Positions 11,090-22,321 of a stretch of 64,000 bases of DNA are shown here, in pieces. Where the stretch lies: NCBI GenBank assembly GCA_963675755.2, contig CAXXMD010000003.1, forward strand, positions 832,001-896,000, read 5' to 3'. The notes below the pieces were generated by a model. The model saw only the letters and a list, made by a program, of their open reading frames with translations, searched no databases and was not told where the DNA came from. The first letter of the stretch is position 1. Every line of letters begins with the position of its first letter. The translations under genes were made by a program, and so were the position numbers. This DNA is from a bacterium (GTDB lineage: Bacteria > Zhuqueibacterota > Zhuqueibacteria > Residuimicrobiales > Krinioviventaceae).

Positions 11090-11569
11090 ATGCCATCCAA
11101 AACCACTGCAAAAGAACCTGAAAGCGTTAAAGCTGACCTTGGAAAACGCTTTATTGCAGCAATAATTGACTCGCTTATTGCGTATGCAGCCTGTCTCATT
11201 CCGTTAATTGGCGGATTTCTGGGTGCTGCTTATATGCTGCTAAGAGACGGATTAGATTTTGAATTTATGGATAAACGTTCAATTGGCAAGAAATTGATGA
11301 ATCTCCGTGTTGTTACAACAGATGACACCGAGATGGATTTAAACAAATCCATCAGACGTAACTGGATCTTTGCCGCGGCAATCCTGCTCAGTTCTGTTGT
11401 TACACTACTTTTGATTGTATCCATTGTGGGCATAGCACTTATTCCGCTTGTTATGCTTTTGGTTATTGGAGCGTTTGTTGTAGAAATCGTTTTTATTGTT
11501 ACCCGCCCGGATGGCTCTCGCTGGGGTGACCAGCTTGCCAATACCAAAGTCATTGAAGTAGAAGATTAA
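11090..11569 (+). CDS. RDD family membrane protein
   Basis: KRFIAAIID, SIGKKLMNLRVV, RWGDQLANTKV. Confidence 0.85.
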   Translation: MPSKTTAKEPESVKADLGKRFIAAIIDSLIAYAACLIPLIGGFLGAAYMLLRDGLDFEFMDKRSIGKKLMNLRVVTTDDTEMDLNKSIRRNWIFAAAILLSSVVTLLLIVSIVGIALIPLVMLLVIGAFVVEIVFIVTRPDGSRWGDQLANTKVIEVED

Positions 11570-11651
11570 GGGCCCTTTGGGGGCCTTGCCCCCAACAGGA
11601 TATTGATTACTCATCGGTACTATTCCGCAATCAGAATTTACGGAGCAGAGA

Positions 11652-12491
11652 ATGGAAATTATTGTAAATGGCGAAACCATAGCCAAAGAGATATGCAACC
11701 AGGAAGTACAAAATGTTTGGCGCAGCAATCGTGAACTGCCAGACGATCAAATCAAAGAGATCGCCTCTCAAAATATAATTGACTGGACCATCATCCGGCA
11801 GCAGGCTACAAAAACCATAAAACATGTTCCTCCCGCTGAAATAGACAAGGCGTTTCAGGAGCTCAAAGCCAGTCACGGCGGCGATGAACAATTTTACTCG
11901 AGTTTTAATATTACCCCCAAGGATGACAACAAGGTCAAAACAGATCTCGAGACCAATATCAAAGTAACCCAGTTTTTAACGGACCTGACCAAGGATGTAC
12001 AGGAACCGGATGACAACGCCATTAAAGTCTATTATAAAGAACACACAGAAGAGTTTACAAACCCTGAACAGATCCATGCCGCTCATATCGTTCGGCCTGT
12101 TGATCCCAGAAATGCACAGGAATTGTACAAGGAAATGCTTGAAATCCGTACCAAACTGTTGAACGGCGCTGAATTCTCTGACATTGCAGATCAGCATTCT
12201 TCCTGCGATGATAATGGCGGCGATCTGGGAACCTTTGCTCCCGGTCAGATGGTAGAAGAGTTTGATACCGTTGTCTTTTCCATGAATGCAGGTGAGGTCT
12301 CTCCTGTCTTTTTGACCCAGTTTGGATACCACATAGCCAAGGTTTATGAAAAATTTCCGGCCAGTCAAAAGCCCTTGACAGACTGCCGTGAAGATATACT
12401 TGACAGGCTCGCTACCGATCTCAAAGACGATCATATTGCAGCCTGGGTAGATACAGTCAAAAAAACTGCCGATATTCAAATTAAGGATTAA
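11652..12491 (+). CDS. Parvulin/PpiC-type peptidyl-prolyl cis-trans isomerase
   Basis: IHAAHIV, FSDIADQHS, GGDLGTFAPGQMVEEFD, TQFGYHI. Confidence 0.9.
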   Translation: MEIIVNGETIAKEICNQEVQNVWRSNRELPDDQIKEIASQNIIDWTIIRQQATKTIKHVPPAEIDKAFQELKASHGGDEQFYSSFNITPKDDNKVKTDLETNIKVTQFLTDLTKDVQEPDDNAIKVYYKEHTEEFTNPEQIHAAHIVRPVDPRNAQELYKEMLEIRTKLLNGAEFSDIADQHSSCDDNGGDLGTFAPGQMVEEFDTVVFSMNAGEVSPVFLTQFGYHIAKVYEKFPASQKPLTDCREDILDRLATDLKDDHIAAWVDTVKKTADIQIKD

Positions 12492-12500
12492 GAGGCAAAG

Positions 12501-13763
12501 ATGGACCCAACCCGTACTCTGATACGCTTTGCAGCCGCACTTGCCATTGGCATTTTAATAGGATTACAGCGGGAATATGCTTTCAGTGACAAACGTGGAG
12601 AATTGGCTGCGGGCGTTCGCACCTTTGCACTTTTTGCCCTGATTGGTGCGACCTCGGCAATGATGACCGATATATTGGACTCTCCTTTGCCATTGGCGAT
12701 CATTCTGGTTATTGTTGGTTTATTATTGGCTGTAAATCACTTTATTCAGGCGTGGCGGGGTGTATCAGGACTCACAACGGAGGCCGCAGCACTGGTTACC
12801 CTCATTGCCGGTGCCCTGTCTTTTTGGGGATATATTGCCATAGCAGTAGCCATTGGTGTAGCAACAACCATTCTGCTGTCCTTTAAACTAGAGCTGCATA
12901 CTTTTGCAAGACACCTGACCCAGGCAGATATCTTTTCTACGCTCAAATTTGCGTTCATTTCTCTGATCATTTTGCCGGTACTGCCCAACTCGTCTTATGG
13001 ACCGGAACCCTTTAATGTGTTTAATCCATACAAAATCTGGCTTTTGGTGGTTTTTATCTCGGGTATCAGCTTTGTGGGTTATATTCTCATCAAAATGATT
13101 GGTCCTCGCAAGGGTATAAGCCTGACCGGACTACTGGGTGGACTTGCGTCCAGCACAGCGGTTACGCTTAGTTTTACACAAAAAAGCAAAGAGAATCTTG
13201 TTCTGGCAAAACCCTTTGCCCTGGCAATTCTGATTGCCTGGACTGTCATGTTTGCCAGATTACTGATAGAAGTTGCCGCGGTAAACAGCGCACTGGTAAC
13301 CCTGCTTTGGATCCCCATTACTGCGTCAATAGCGGCAGGACTATTATATTGTCTGTACCTGTATCGCTCGCAGCATTATGAATCCGAGCAGGAACAGCCC
13401 AGTTTTTCGAATCCCTTTGAACTGGGACCCGCTATTAAATTCGGATTGATCTTTGTTATCATTCTTTTTGTTGCCAAAGCCGCACAGATTTATTTCGGAG
13501 ACACGGGTATTTATCTGGCAAGTCTGGTTTCAGGTATTGCCGATGTTGATGCCATTGCCCTTTCCGTTGCACGGCTGAGCCTGAGTGATGGCGGTCTGGC
13601 GCACGATACCGCTGTACGCGCCATTGTTTTCGCTTCCGTGTCCAATACGTTTACCAAAGGTGTAATTGTACTGGCCGGTGGTAGTAAAGAACTGCGCAAA
13701 GCCATACTACCGGGATTCATCCTGATGATGGTTACCGTATTAACTGTTTCATTTTTAATCTAG
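12501..13763 (+). CDS. MgtC/SapB family + DUF4010 membrane protein
   Basis: IGILIGLQRE, AGVRTFAL, GLTTEAA, GGLASSTAVT, SGIADVDAI. Confidence 0.85.
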   Translation: MDPTRTLIRFAAALAIGILIGLQREYAFSDKRGELAAGVRTFALFALIGATSAMMTDILDSPLPLAIILVIVGLLLAVNHFIQAWRGVSGLTTEAAALVTLIAGALSFWGYIAIAVAIGVATTILLSFKLELHTFARHLTQADIFSTLKFAFISLIILPVLPNSSYGPEPFNVFNPYKIWLLVVFISGISFVGYILIKMIGPRKGISLTGLLGGLASSTAVTLSFTQKSKENLVLAKPFALAILIAWTVMFARLLIEVAAVNSALVTLLWIPITASIAAGLLYCLYLYRSQHYESEQEQPSFSNPFELGPAIKFGLIFVIILFVAKAAQIYFGDTGIYLASLVSGIADVDAIALSVARLSLSDGGLAHDTAVRAIVFASVSNTFTKGVIVLAGGSKELRKAILPGFILMMVTVLTVSFLI

Positions 13764-13771
13764 GTTGTTAT

Positions 13772-14725
13772 ATGCAGGATAAAATTGTATTGGGGATCAG
13801 CACCTGTCTGCTAGGAGAAAAAGTAAGATATGATGGCGGCCACAAACTGGACCGCTATCTGTACGATACACTGGGGCCTTTTGTGAACTGGGTACCGGTA
13901 TGTCCGGAAGCGGATTGCGGTCTGCCCATTCCACGAGAAGCCATGCATCTTGAAGATTCTCCCCAGGGACCGCGACTGATGACCATCAAATCCGGTATTG
14001 ACCATACAGAAAAAATGATGACATGGGCCGAAAAACGCCTGAACGAACTGGAAAAAGAAGACCTTTGCGGCTATATTTTTAAAACCAAATCCCCCAGCTC
14101 GGGCATGAGAGATATAAAACTCTATCATGCAAACGGACATATCAAACACGCCAAAAGCGTTGGACTTTGGGCAAAAGCATTCATGGAGCGTTTTCCTGGT
14201 ATACCGGTAGAAGATGAAGGCCGTTTGAACGATCCCGGTTTGCGAGAAAACTTTATAGAGCGTATTTTTGTGGTGCACCGCTGGAAAGAATTCCTGCGCA
14301 ATGATGGATCTGCCAAGGGATTGGTTGAGTTTCACACCAATCACAAACTACTGATCATGGCACACCATACGGAAAAGCTCTATGAACTGGGACGCATTGT
14401 CTCGAATCCTAAAGCCATGCCGCGTGAAGAGATGCTGGTGCAATATTACGATTTGCTGATGGAAACCCTAAAGCTCAAATCCACGATCAAGAAAAACACC
14501 AATGTGCTGGACCACATTATGGGGTATTTCAAAAAAGAACTTTCAGCGGATGAAAAACAGGAATTAAAACAAATCATCGCCAATTATCACAACGGACTCG
14601 TTCCTCTCATTGTTCCCGTAACCCTGCTGAACCACTTTGTTCGTAAATTTGACGATTCTTATCTCAAACGCCAGCACTATCTCAATCCCCACCCCACCGA
14701 GCTGATGCTAAGGAACCATGTATAA
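13772..14725 (+). CDS. DUF523/DUF1722 (YbgA-like, 2-thiouracil desulfurase-like) protein
   Basis: STCLLGEKVRYDGGHK, VCPEADCGLPIPRE, KSPSSG, YLNPHPTELMLRNHV. Confidence 0.88.
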   Translation: MQDKIVLGISTCLLGEKVRYDGGHKLDRYLYDTLGPFVNWVPVCPEADCGLPIPREAMHLEDSPQGPRLMTIKSGIDHTEKMMTWAEKRLNELEKEDLCGYIFKTKSPSSGMRDIKLYHANGHIKHAKSVGLWAKAFMERFPGIPVEDEGRLNDPGLRENFIERIFVVHRWKEFLRNDGSAKGLVEFHTNHKLLIMAHHTEKLYELGRIVSNPKAMPREEMLVQYYDLLMETLKLKSTIKKNTNVLDHIMGYFKKELSADEKQELKQIIANYHNGLVPLIVPVTLLNHFVRKFDDSYLKRQHYLNPHPTELMLRNHV

Positions 14726-14761
14726 GATATAAATCTCTCAAGAAGGTAATAATTTTTCAAA

Positions 14762-14796
14762 TATTTGCCAGGCACCTTGTTGGTGCCAGGCAAATA
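14762..14796. repeat. Imperfect palindrome or bidirectional terminator between convergent genes
   Basis: TATTTGCCAGGCACC-TTGTT-GGTGCCAGGCAAATA. Confidence 0.55.
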
Positions 14797-14827
14797 CATT
14801 TCACTTAAAACTCTAATTAACAAAATT

Positions 14828-16285
14828 CTACATCCCCGTCAACATCTCTTTGGCGGGTTTACGTACATAGGCATAGACATACGCCTGTTCATTAAAATTC
14901 GCGGCCTTTTCACAATATGCTTTTGCCTTTTCCTTGTCGCCCAGGTTTAAATATACTTTGGCCAGGTAATACAACACTCTGGGATTCCTCATATTCGCTT
15001 GTTCAAGCTCGGTTGCCGCATCCTGCCAGTTTTCCTGCTGCATGGCCAGCATCCCCTTTAACAAGTGAGAGGCACGCAATTGCCCCGTGTTGTTTTTGCG
15101 CTTGGCGATTTGTGTGTATTTTAAAATCTTTTCCGCAGCTTGCTCGTACCGTGCTTCTTTGATATCAACACGAATCTGATTAAACAGCAGCCCCTGTTTT
15201 GCCGCTTCTTTTTGGTCCTGATTCACCATTTCAGAGCTTTCAAATAACGCTTGTGACATATCATATTTGGCCAGAGCTCCCTGATAGTCTTTTTGAGCAA
15301 ACAAGACATCACCCATTACATTTACATCGTTAGACATGTCTACATAATTATTATTGGTTTTAGCTTCTTCATACATTGTATTTAAAAGCTCCATCGCCTT
15401 TTCATAATCCTGGTTGTCAATGCGGCAACGCAGCATTCCAAACTGTGCGTTACGTTTGTTGCCATAATCCGGCACCTTGTCATAATAAGTTTGAAATACA
15501 TCCAGTGAATGCAAGTGCTGGTCCATCAACATATAATTGGTCCCAATTCCCAGATAAGAGACATAAAACTCGGGATCCAGATCCAACGCTTTTTTGTAAG
15601 CAGTTATAGATTCATCAAACTTGCCTTGTTTCATCAAGATTTCAGCATAGGAATCCCAGGGATTGGCCTGGTCCGGTATCAATTCCGTATATTTTTTGAT
15701 TGTTTTCTCGGCCTTGTCATATTGATTGCTATATAAATAGATATATGCCAACTGATTATACGCTGGCGCAAATGCAGGTTCTACCTGAATGGATTTTTCC
15801 AAAGAGCCTATAGCATTATTCCAATCCTGTTGTCCTGAATAGAAAATACCCAAATTCATATAAATTCGTTTATCATTGGGGTACATTTCTACCAACTGCA
15901 TCAATTTTTCTATCTGGGTTTGACGATCTCCGGTAAAACCGGCATCAGTGGCTTCAAGAAAGATCTTTTCTCCGTCAGAGACTTTATCTTTTAAAGAAAT
16001 TGCCTTGCTGTAATGATTAAATGCTTTATCGGCATCTCCGCCTCCAAACTCGGCAAAGGCCAATTGTAAATGCGCCATGGCAAATTCTGGATCCAAAGCA
16101 AGTGCCTTTTCATACAGTTCTTTTGCATTTTGCCTTTTCAAATTATCGGCAAATGCCTGTGCCTGATGATAAAGCGCCAATGCATCTTTTGAAGAGGTGG
16201 TAACAGGTAATTCTTTATTGCCCATTGAGCAGGAAATGAACAATACCGCAATAAACAGAATAAAGACTTTCTTTTGAATCTTCAT
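14828..16285 (-). CDS. Tetratricopeptide repeat lipoprotein (paralog A)
   Basis: Lipobox FISC; several TPRs (ALALDPEFAMAH, PAYNQLAY, ANPWDSYAEILMKQGKFDESI); 485 aa. Confidence 0.85.
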   Translation of the reverse strand: MKIQKKVFILFIAVLFISCSMGNKELPVTTSSKDALALYHQAQAFADNLKRQNAKELYEKALALDPEFAMAHLQLAFAEFGGGDADKAFNHYSKAISLKDKVSDGEKIFLEATDAGFTGDRQTQIEKLMQLVEMYPNDKRIYMNLGIFYSGQQDWNNAIGSLEKSIQVEPAFAPAYNQLAYIYLYSNQYDKAEKTIKKYTELIPDQANPWDSYAEILMKQGKFDESITAYKKALDLDPEFYVSYLGIGTNYMLMDQHLHSLDVFQTYYDKVPDYGNKRNAQFGMLRCRIDNQDYEKAMELLNTMYEEAKTNNNYVDMSNDVNVMGDVLFAQKDYQGALAKYDMSQALFESSEMVNQDQKEAAKQGLLFNQIRVDIKEARYEQAAEKILKYTQIAKRKNNTGQLRASHLLKGMLAMQQENWQDAATELEQANMRNPRVLYYLAKVYLNLGDKEKAKAYCEKAANFNEQAYVYAYVRKPAKEMLTGM

Positions 16286-16680
16286 GAAAACCTCCGAAAA
16301 ATTTATTATATGTCAAGAGAGTTATTTACCGAAAGCAAAAGTGTGAGAGGTAGAAAAGAATGATTGAATGGAATTCACTAGCGATGCTTTAAAAACAAAA
16401 CCCAATACCACAAAATTTCCATCAAGCATTAAATTCAATCATATTTTTTTTTAGTATTGTAATGTGCATTTGTTTATTTAAAATCCTATTATGCGCTATT
16501 ACCGGTACCTGGATTGTACACTCAATGATAAATCGGATTACAATAACAAAATGATGTTCCGGGCTGGGTGTCAGAGCTGAAAAATAACGTGACGGAGAAC
16601 GCCCTGCTTATCTCCGTCACAATCTAAAAGATACTTTTGTCCCCAACTAATGGCGGACCTGTTAAAAGAATGTTTTGAAC

Positions 16681-16710
16681 AAAAAAAGCCAGACACTAAA
16701 AGTGCCTGGC
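16681..16710 (-). terminator. Intrinsic terminator downstream of the RND/TolC operon
   Basis: Minus strand GCCAGGCACT-TTT-AGTGTCTGGC followed by T7. Confidence 0.7.
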
Positions 16711-16796
16711 GAATTATCAATATTCAAAACGAATCAAGAATCAGATCTAATCAAGGTAATCCTACAATCTTTTAATCAAGGTCTTTAATCAGGATC

Positions 16797-18143
16797 TCAG
16801 CGACCCGTAACCTGCAGATACCGGGTTTTGTTAACCAGATACTGCGATTTGGCATCAATCAACTGATCTTCTGTCTGCTGCAACAATGCCTGGGCCTCCA
16901 AAAGGTCCGAAACCGTAATCAATCCGTTATCATAACTATCCTGATTGACCTTTAAATTCTCATCTGCCTGGGCTTTGGCTTCCAAACTCAACTGATACTG
17001 CTTGTAAGCATCTGTAAAGTCCTGCCAGGCTTTTTGAATTTGCAACAGCAACAACTCGGATGTATTGGCCAGATTGTTTTTGGCAATATTTTCTTTAACC
17101 TTGTGTTCCTGCAATTCATGCGTGCCGCCCCACCATCCCGAGATGGGAACAGCAACCGTACCATAAACCATGCTGTTGGTCTGTTTATCAAATTCATCTA
17201 CTTTGACATACAAACCGTTTATGCCCACACCTGCCTGTGGAAGATGCTTACCAACAGACATTCGTGTTTGCAGCTTTTCAGCTTTAACAGATAACTGCAG
17301 CAATTGATACTCGTCCCGATTAACCAGGGCGCTGTTCTTGTCCACATAAAATGTTTCCGGCGTATCCTTGACTACCAGTTCATCTCTCAATACCAGGGTG
17401 GTATCTAAAGAAATGCCCAGGTTCTGACAAAAAGCCATGTTAGCAAGCTTCTTTCCGTTCAACAACTTTGACTGCTGCAAAAGCACCTTGTTGAGTTCCA
17501 GTTTAACTTTGAGAACATCATTCTTCATTACAATACCTGCCTCATAGGCATCATTAACCTGGTCTTGCAAACTGTTCAACATTTCCAAATATTTATCAAT
17601 GGTTTTGGTCTTTTCATCGAGCGATACAATTTGCCAGTATTGCTCCTCGGTTTTCAGTACAATTTCATCTTTTTTCAGATCATGCTTGTATTTAGTAGCA
17701 TCTACACCTACCGATGCAAGCTTGTTTCCGTTATAGATCCGTCCACCTGCAAATACAGGCTGTAAAGCATTCACAAAACCCACCGTTCCTTTTTTCAACA
17801 GTGCCAGATCCATTCCCGGAAAGTAGGCAAACTGTGAAGGGTTCATCAGGGTTGCAGGATTCCCATCCCACACCGGCAGGTTCACTGCATCAATACTGGT
17901 CTCGATCACATTTTTATCCATTTCGAACATCATACCGCCGGCATCAATCTGGGGGAAATAATGTGTAAATGCAGCTTTTTTGACCTGCTTTGCGGCTTTG
18001 ATCTCAAGCGCGCTATTTTGTATTTCAGTATTGTTTTGCAATGCAAGTTCAATGCTTTGATCAAGAGTTAATATACCTTGAGAAAAAACCTGAAATGCAC
18101 AAAAGAGCAAAATCAATGCTATATATAATTTCATATTCTTCAT
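16797..18143 (-). CDS. TolC-family outer membrane efflux protein
   Basis: Signal peptide, LTLDQSIELALQNN, two OEP-like repeats (AGIVMKNDVL, NGLITVSDLLEAQ); adjacent to the RND gene. Confidence 0.92.
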   Translation of the reverse strand: MKNMKLYIALILLFCAFQVFSQGILTLDQSIELALQNNTEIQNSALEIKAAKQVKKAAFTHYFPQIDAGGMMFEMDKNVIETSIDAVNLPVWDGNPATLMNPSQFAYFPGMDLALLKKGTVGFVNALQPVFAGGRIYNGNKLASVGVDATKYKHDLKKDEIVLKTEEQYWQIVSLDEKTKTIDKYLEMLNSLQDQVNDAYEAGIVMKNDVLKVKLELNKVLLQQSKLLNGKKLANMAFCQNLGISLDTTLVLRDELVVKDTPETFYVDKNSALVNRDEYQLLQLSVKAEKLQTRMSVGKHLPQAGVGINGLYVKVDEFDKQTNSMVYGTVAVPISGWWGGTHELQEHKVKENIAKNNLANTSELLLLQIQKAWQDFTDAYKQYQLSLEAKAQADENLKVNQDSYDNGLITVSDLLEAQALLQQTEDQLIDAKSQYLVNKTRYLQVTGR

Positions 18144-18148
18144 ACCGA

Positions 18149-21100
18149 TCAATTCTCCATAACTTTTAATTCATTACGGTGTGCAAGAGAATACAACACC
18201 GGAAGCACCAACAGGGACAATACAAGCGCAAATAGTAATCCAAAACTTATTACGGATCCCAATGGGCCCCACAAGGGTGAACGGCTGATGACCATGGGAA
18301 AAACGCCAACAGCAGCTGCTGCAGCGGTTAAAAAGATGGGACGCATACGGCGCTTGGCAGCGGATATAGCGGCCTGCTCTACCTCCATACCGTGCTCAAA
18401 TCTCAGTTCATCCGCATACGAGAGATAAATTATACCATTACGAACCACAATACCGAATAAACCAATTAATCCGATAAATGCTGTTACGCTAAAAGGATAC
18501 CCGTTAACCAGAACACCCAGCGCCGCACCAAACAAGCTCAGGGGCATGGTTACCATAATAAGTACAGATTTTTTGATACTTTTAAACTGAAATAACAGGA
18601 TTAAAAAGATAATGGCAATGCTGATAGCGAGTGAATAATACAACGGTGTCATTTCTTCCACCTGCATCTCAAGTTCACCACCATAATGTACAGATATATC
18701 ATCTGACAGATTAAGCTTTGCAATCATGGGTTCTATTTGAGCCAAAAGATCAGATGCATAATACCCTCTCATGGGATCAACAGACACGGTCAAGGTCCGT
18801 ACACCATTACGATGAACTATCTCTCCTTCGCTCCAGGTTTGTTCTGCATCAGCCAATTGCCGCACCGGTACCGCAGTTGCCATAAACATGGATGTAACAT
18901 ACATATCCATTATATCACTCATATCAGATTTAACTTTTTTATCTATCCGAAGGTTTACATCAACGGGGTAATCATCTTCCCAGATTGTAGATACCGGGAA
19001 ACCCTTGGTGCCAATAAGCAGAGAATAGTCCAAATAGGTTTTGGAATATCCCATTCGGCTGGCCTGGTCTTCTTTTAAATTCAACTGCACGGATTGCAGC
19101 GGTTCTTTATAATTTGTACGCGCCCATTGCACACCATCCAGCGTTTGGATTTGCTCTATCAATGCATTCCCGGCTTTTTTCAGACTTTTGATATCCGGTC
19201 CGGTAAACCGAACTTCAATAGCAGCATCAGATGTAACCATTTCCAGTTGTTTCCACTTTACATGCGCATTGGGAAAATAATTTCTATATTTCACCGAATA
19301 CTCGTTCAGAATATCTTCTGTTGCCTTGTTTGACTCGGTAATGACAAGTAATTGTCCATAATGCTTGGCCGGAAACTGGGGAGCATAAAGTGAGTTAAAA
19401 CGCGGTGAACTGCTGCCCACAAAAGCCGCAATATCTTCAACCCGACTGTCTTTTAACAACAGTGTTTCTACCTGCTGAATAACACGGTCTGTTTGCTGCA
19501 GCGAACTTCCAACTGGTAAATACACCTCTACCGCAAACTGATTACGCTGAAATGCAGGAAACGGTTTTTGTGGTGTTATAAGCAGCATCAACAAACCAAG
19601 CACAAAAGAAAGGATACCGACTAATACAATGACCTTTTTATTCCGAAAGGACTTTTCCAAAAGGTTGTCATAAAAAGCCTGCAATCTGTCAAGAAAGGAT
19701 CGCTTTTCCGATTCACTATTACTTTTTATACCGTGTTTAATAAATGTATAACTCATCAAGGGTACCAGCAAAACAGATACAATCAAAGACAGAAACAATG
19801 CTATGGCTATGGTTACCGGCAACGACCTTACAAAATCCCCGGCAAGACCAGTCATCAACTTTGTCATGGGTAAAAAACATACCACAATAATCAATGTTGC
19901 AAAGAACACGGATCCAAACAGATCCCCCACACTTTTTGATGCCGCATCGTGTGGAGATACTCCCTGGTCCAATTTTTCCACATAATTATCAATAATTACA
20001 ATAGCATTATCTACAACCATACCCAGCACAATAATCAGTCCCGCTAACGATACGGTTTGCAGGCTAATACCAAACATCCACAACATACCAACAGTCATTA
20101 AGACCGATATGGGAATTGCCGATGCCGCAACAAAGGCAACCCGTTTTGGCAACAGTAATACGGTTACCAAAATGACCGCAATAATTGCAAGGGCAAACTC
20201 TTTTAAAAAGTGTAAAATAGATTCAGACACAAAATGCGGCATATCGGATATAAGGCCTACATTCACATCCGATGGCACCTCGCTCTTGAATTTATCAATA
20301 ACTTTATTAACCTTGGCACCATATTGTACAATATTATTACCGGGCTGCATTTCAAGCGAGATGATCAGACATTTCTTGCCATTAAAACGGATAAAGGAAT
20401 CCGGTTCTTTATATTCACGAACAACCTTTGCAATGTCTTTGACACGAACAACCTGACCGGTTGGGTCAGAGTATACGATCTGATTGGCAATATCACTTTC
20501 TGTATTATATCCTGAAGGAATGTGAATAGGTCGAATATATTCTCCGTCATCAATTTCACCCGCGTAATTTACCATACCCTCCGGTCTCAGGGCGGCAATA
20601 ACAGTCAAAGGCTTTACTCCATAATAGGCCAGCTTGGCATCATCAATATAGACATTGATCTCTTCTTCCTGCAGGCCAAAATGCTTAACCCGAGAGGTTG
20701 CCGGTATCGCACGGACATCGTCTTCAAATGTTTCTATATATTTTTCCAGCTCTTTGTATGTTTTGGTTTCAGATTCAACAGCCAGCAAAATGGCAGATGT
20801 ATTTCCAAAATCTTCATTTGCGGATAATGACATAACTCCCGAAGGCAGTTGGCTTTTAAAATCATCCAAACCATTACGGAGTTTTGCCCAGAAAAGCTTG
20901 GGTTGTTTTAATTTTCGCTGAACTTCAACGTATACAACCATAACATTTTCTTTAGAGATGGAAACAGTCTTTTCTTTGTCAATCTCTTCATACTGGAACA
21001 GATAATTCTCAACTTTTTTAGTCAACTGTTCTTCCACCTGGTGAGATGTTGCGCCGGGATAAATACCAATGACCAATCCTTTTCGTACACTGAATTCCGG

Positions 21101-21223
21101 GAACTCGTCCCTTGGCATATTGAACAAGGCAACTGTACCGAAAACCACAAACAACAAGGTTGTAATAATTAACAATTGCTTATAGTCCAGTATAATATCC
21201 ATTAATGTTTTTTTATTTTTCAT
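18149..21223 (-). CDS. RND efflux transporter permease (AcrB/AcrD/AcrF family)
   Basis: 1024 aa; GMVVDNAIVI, GIVVRNGI, RMRPIFLT. Confidence 0.96.
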   Translation of the reverse strand: MKNKKTLMDIILDYKQLLIITTLLFVVFGTVALFNMPRDEFPEFSVRKGLVIGIYPGATSHQVEEQLTKKVENYLFQYEEIDKEKTVSISKENVMVVYVEVQRKLKQPKLFWAKLRNGLDDFKSQLPSGVMSLSANEDFGNTSAILLAVESETKTYKELEKYIETFEDDVRAIPATSRVKHFGLQEEEINVYIDDAKLAYYGVKPLTVIAALRPEGMVNYAGEIDDGEYIRPIHIPSGYNTESDIANQIVYSDPTGQVVRVKDIAKVVREYKEPDSFIRFNGKKCLIISLEMQPGNNIVQYGAKVNKVIDKFKSEVPSDVNVGLISDMPHFVSESILHFLKEFALAIIAVILVTVLLLPKRVAFVAASAIPISVLMTVGMLWMFGISLQTVSLAGLIIVLGMVVDNAIVIIDNYVEKLDQGVSPHDAASKSVGDLFGSVFFATLIIVVCFLPMTKLMTGLAGDFVRSLPVTIAIALFLSLIVSVLLVPLMSYTFIKHGIKSNSESEKRSFLDRLQAFYDNLLEKSFRNKKVIVLVGILSFVLGLLMLLITPQKPFPAFQRNQFAVEVYLPVGSSLQQTDRVIQQVETLLLKDSRVEDIAAFVGSSSPRFNSLYAPQFPAKHYGQLLVITESNKATEDILNEYSVKYRNYFPNAHVKWKQLEMVTSDAAIEVRFTGPDIKSLKKAGNALIEQIQTLDGVQWARTNYKEPLQSVQLNLKEDQASRMGYSKTYLDYSLLIGTKGFPVSTIWEDDYPVDVNLRIDKKVKSDMSDIMDMYVTSMFMATAVPVRQLADAEQTWSEGEIVHRNGVRTLTVSVDPMRGYYASDLLAQIEPMIAKLNLSDDISVHYGGELEMQVEEMTPLYYSLAISIAIIFLILLFQFKSIKKSVLIMVTMPLSLFGAALGVLVNGYPFSVTAFIGLIGLFGIVVRNGIIYLSYADELRFEHGMEVEQAAISAAKRRMRPIFLTAAAAAVGVFPMVISRSPLWGPLGSVISFGLLFALVLSLLVLPVLYSLAHRNELKVMEN

Positions 21224-21242
21224 TTTATCTAATTCCTGTTCA

Positions 21243-22283
21243 TCAGTTAACTATAACTACTCTGGCGCCATCCATCAATTTTTGGTGTCCTGCAACGACC
21301 AATGTTTCACCTGTCGTTAATCCATCGACAATCTCTACACCATTCCGCGCCAATGCACCGGTCGTTACCCATTTACGTTTTGCAATTGTATTATTTTGTT
21401 CAACAGTATATACAAATGTTTTACCCGATTCGTCTACCATTACCGAATAATTGGGAACAACCACACTTGAAGAACTTTCTGATTTTTCAAGCGTAACGTC
21501 ACAAATCATACCCGGTTTTAACACATTATTTTGATTGGCAATTGAAACTTTGACCTTGTAAGCACGTGACAAAGGATTCGCTACCACACCCACCTGCTCT
21601 ACAACGCCATCAAAAATTTGCTTTCCAAGGGCTGCCACGTTAACCTGACAATTCTGATTTCTTGATATATTTACGATTTCATTTTCAGGAACAGAAATGG
21701 AAGCATAAACCTTGTTTATTTTCACAATATTAATAGCAGTGATTCCCGGAACGATGGTCATGCCCGGTTCAATAGAACGGCTGCCAATATAACCATTTGA
21801 AGGGGCATACAATGCACAATCATCCAGATTTTTTTTGGATATTGCACTGGCTGATTTGGCTTGCTGCAGTTTAGTTTCAACATCAATAAACTTGATCTCG
21901 GGTAAATTACCATTTTCATACATGGGTTTTAACCGGGCATAGGCATCCTTGGCCTGATTATAAGTAGCGAGCGCCATTTCATATGCATTGCTCAGGGTTT
22001 CTTTGTCAAGTTCTGCAAGCAATTGGCCTTTTTTTACATAATCTCCTTCAGAGACCAACACCTGCTCAACGCGACCGGTCACCATAAAACTCAGGGGAAC
22101 AGATTCTGACTCTACAATAGAGCCACTGTACGCAATGGATTCTTGAGTATTAAAAGATTCAACTGTTTGAACATTGACATTCACAGCATCTTGTTGCTGT
22201 ATTGCCGCATTGCCATTTTTACAACTGTTCATAAACAAAACCGCAAACAATAATACCAAAAGCGGTATAATTTTTTTCAACAT
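21243..22283 (-). CDS. RND periplasmic adaptor (membrane fusion protein)
   Basis: Lipobox-like MNSC; GRVEQVLVSEGDYVKKGQLLAELD, LYAPSNG, LKPGM. Confidence 0.93.
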   Translation of the reverse strand: MLKKIIPLLVLLFAVLFMNSCKNGNAAIQQQDAVNVNVQTVESFNTQESIAYSGSIVESESVPLSFMVTGRVEQVLVSEGDYVKKGQLLAELDKETLSNAYEMALATYNQAKDAYARLKPMYENGNLPEIKFIDVETKLQQAKSASAISKKNLDDCALYAPSNGYIGSRSIEPGMTIVPGITAINIVKINKVYASISVPENEIVNISRNQNCQVNVAALGKQIFDGVVEQVGVVANPLSRAYKVKVSIANQNNVLKPGMICDVTLEKSESSSSVVVPNYSVMVDESGKTFVYTVEQNNTIAKRKWVTTGALARNGVEIVDGLTTGETLVVAGHQKLMDGARVVIVN

Positions 22284-22321
22284 TTTAATTCCTTTCAGCA
22301 AAGTACGGATTACCAATTCTA

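Noticed and set aside
16316-16430. Short upstream ORFs (about 35 aa here, about 24 aa near 25340-25413) before the two TPR genes as leader peptides
   Set aside because: The peptides are not similar to each other, there is no clear RBS, and only a 9-nt CTTTCGGTA match is shared.
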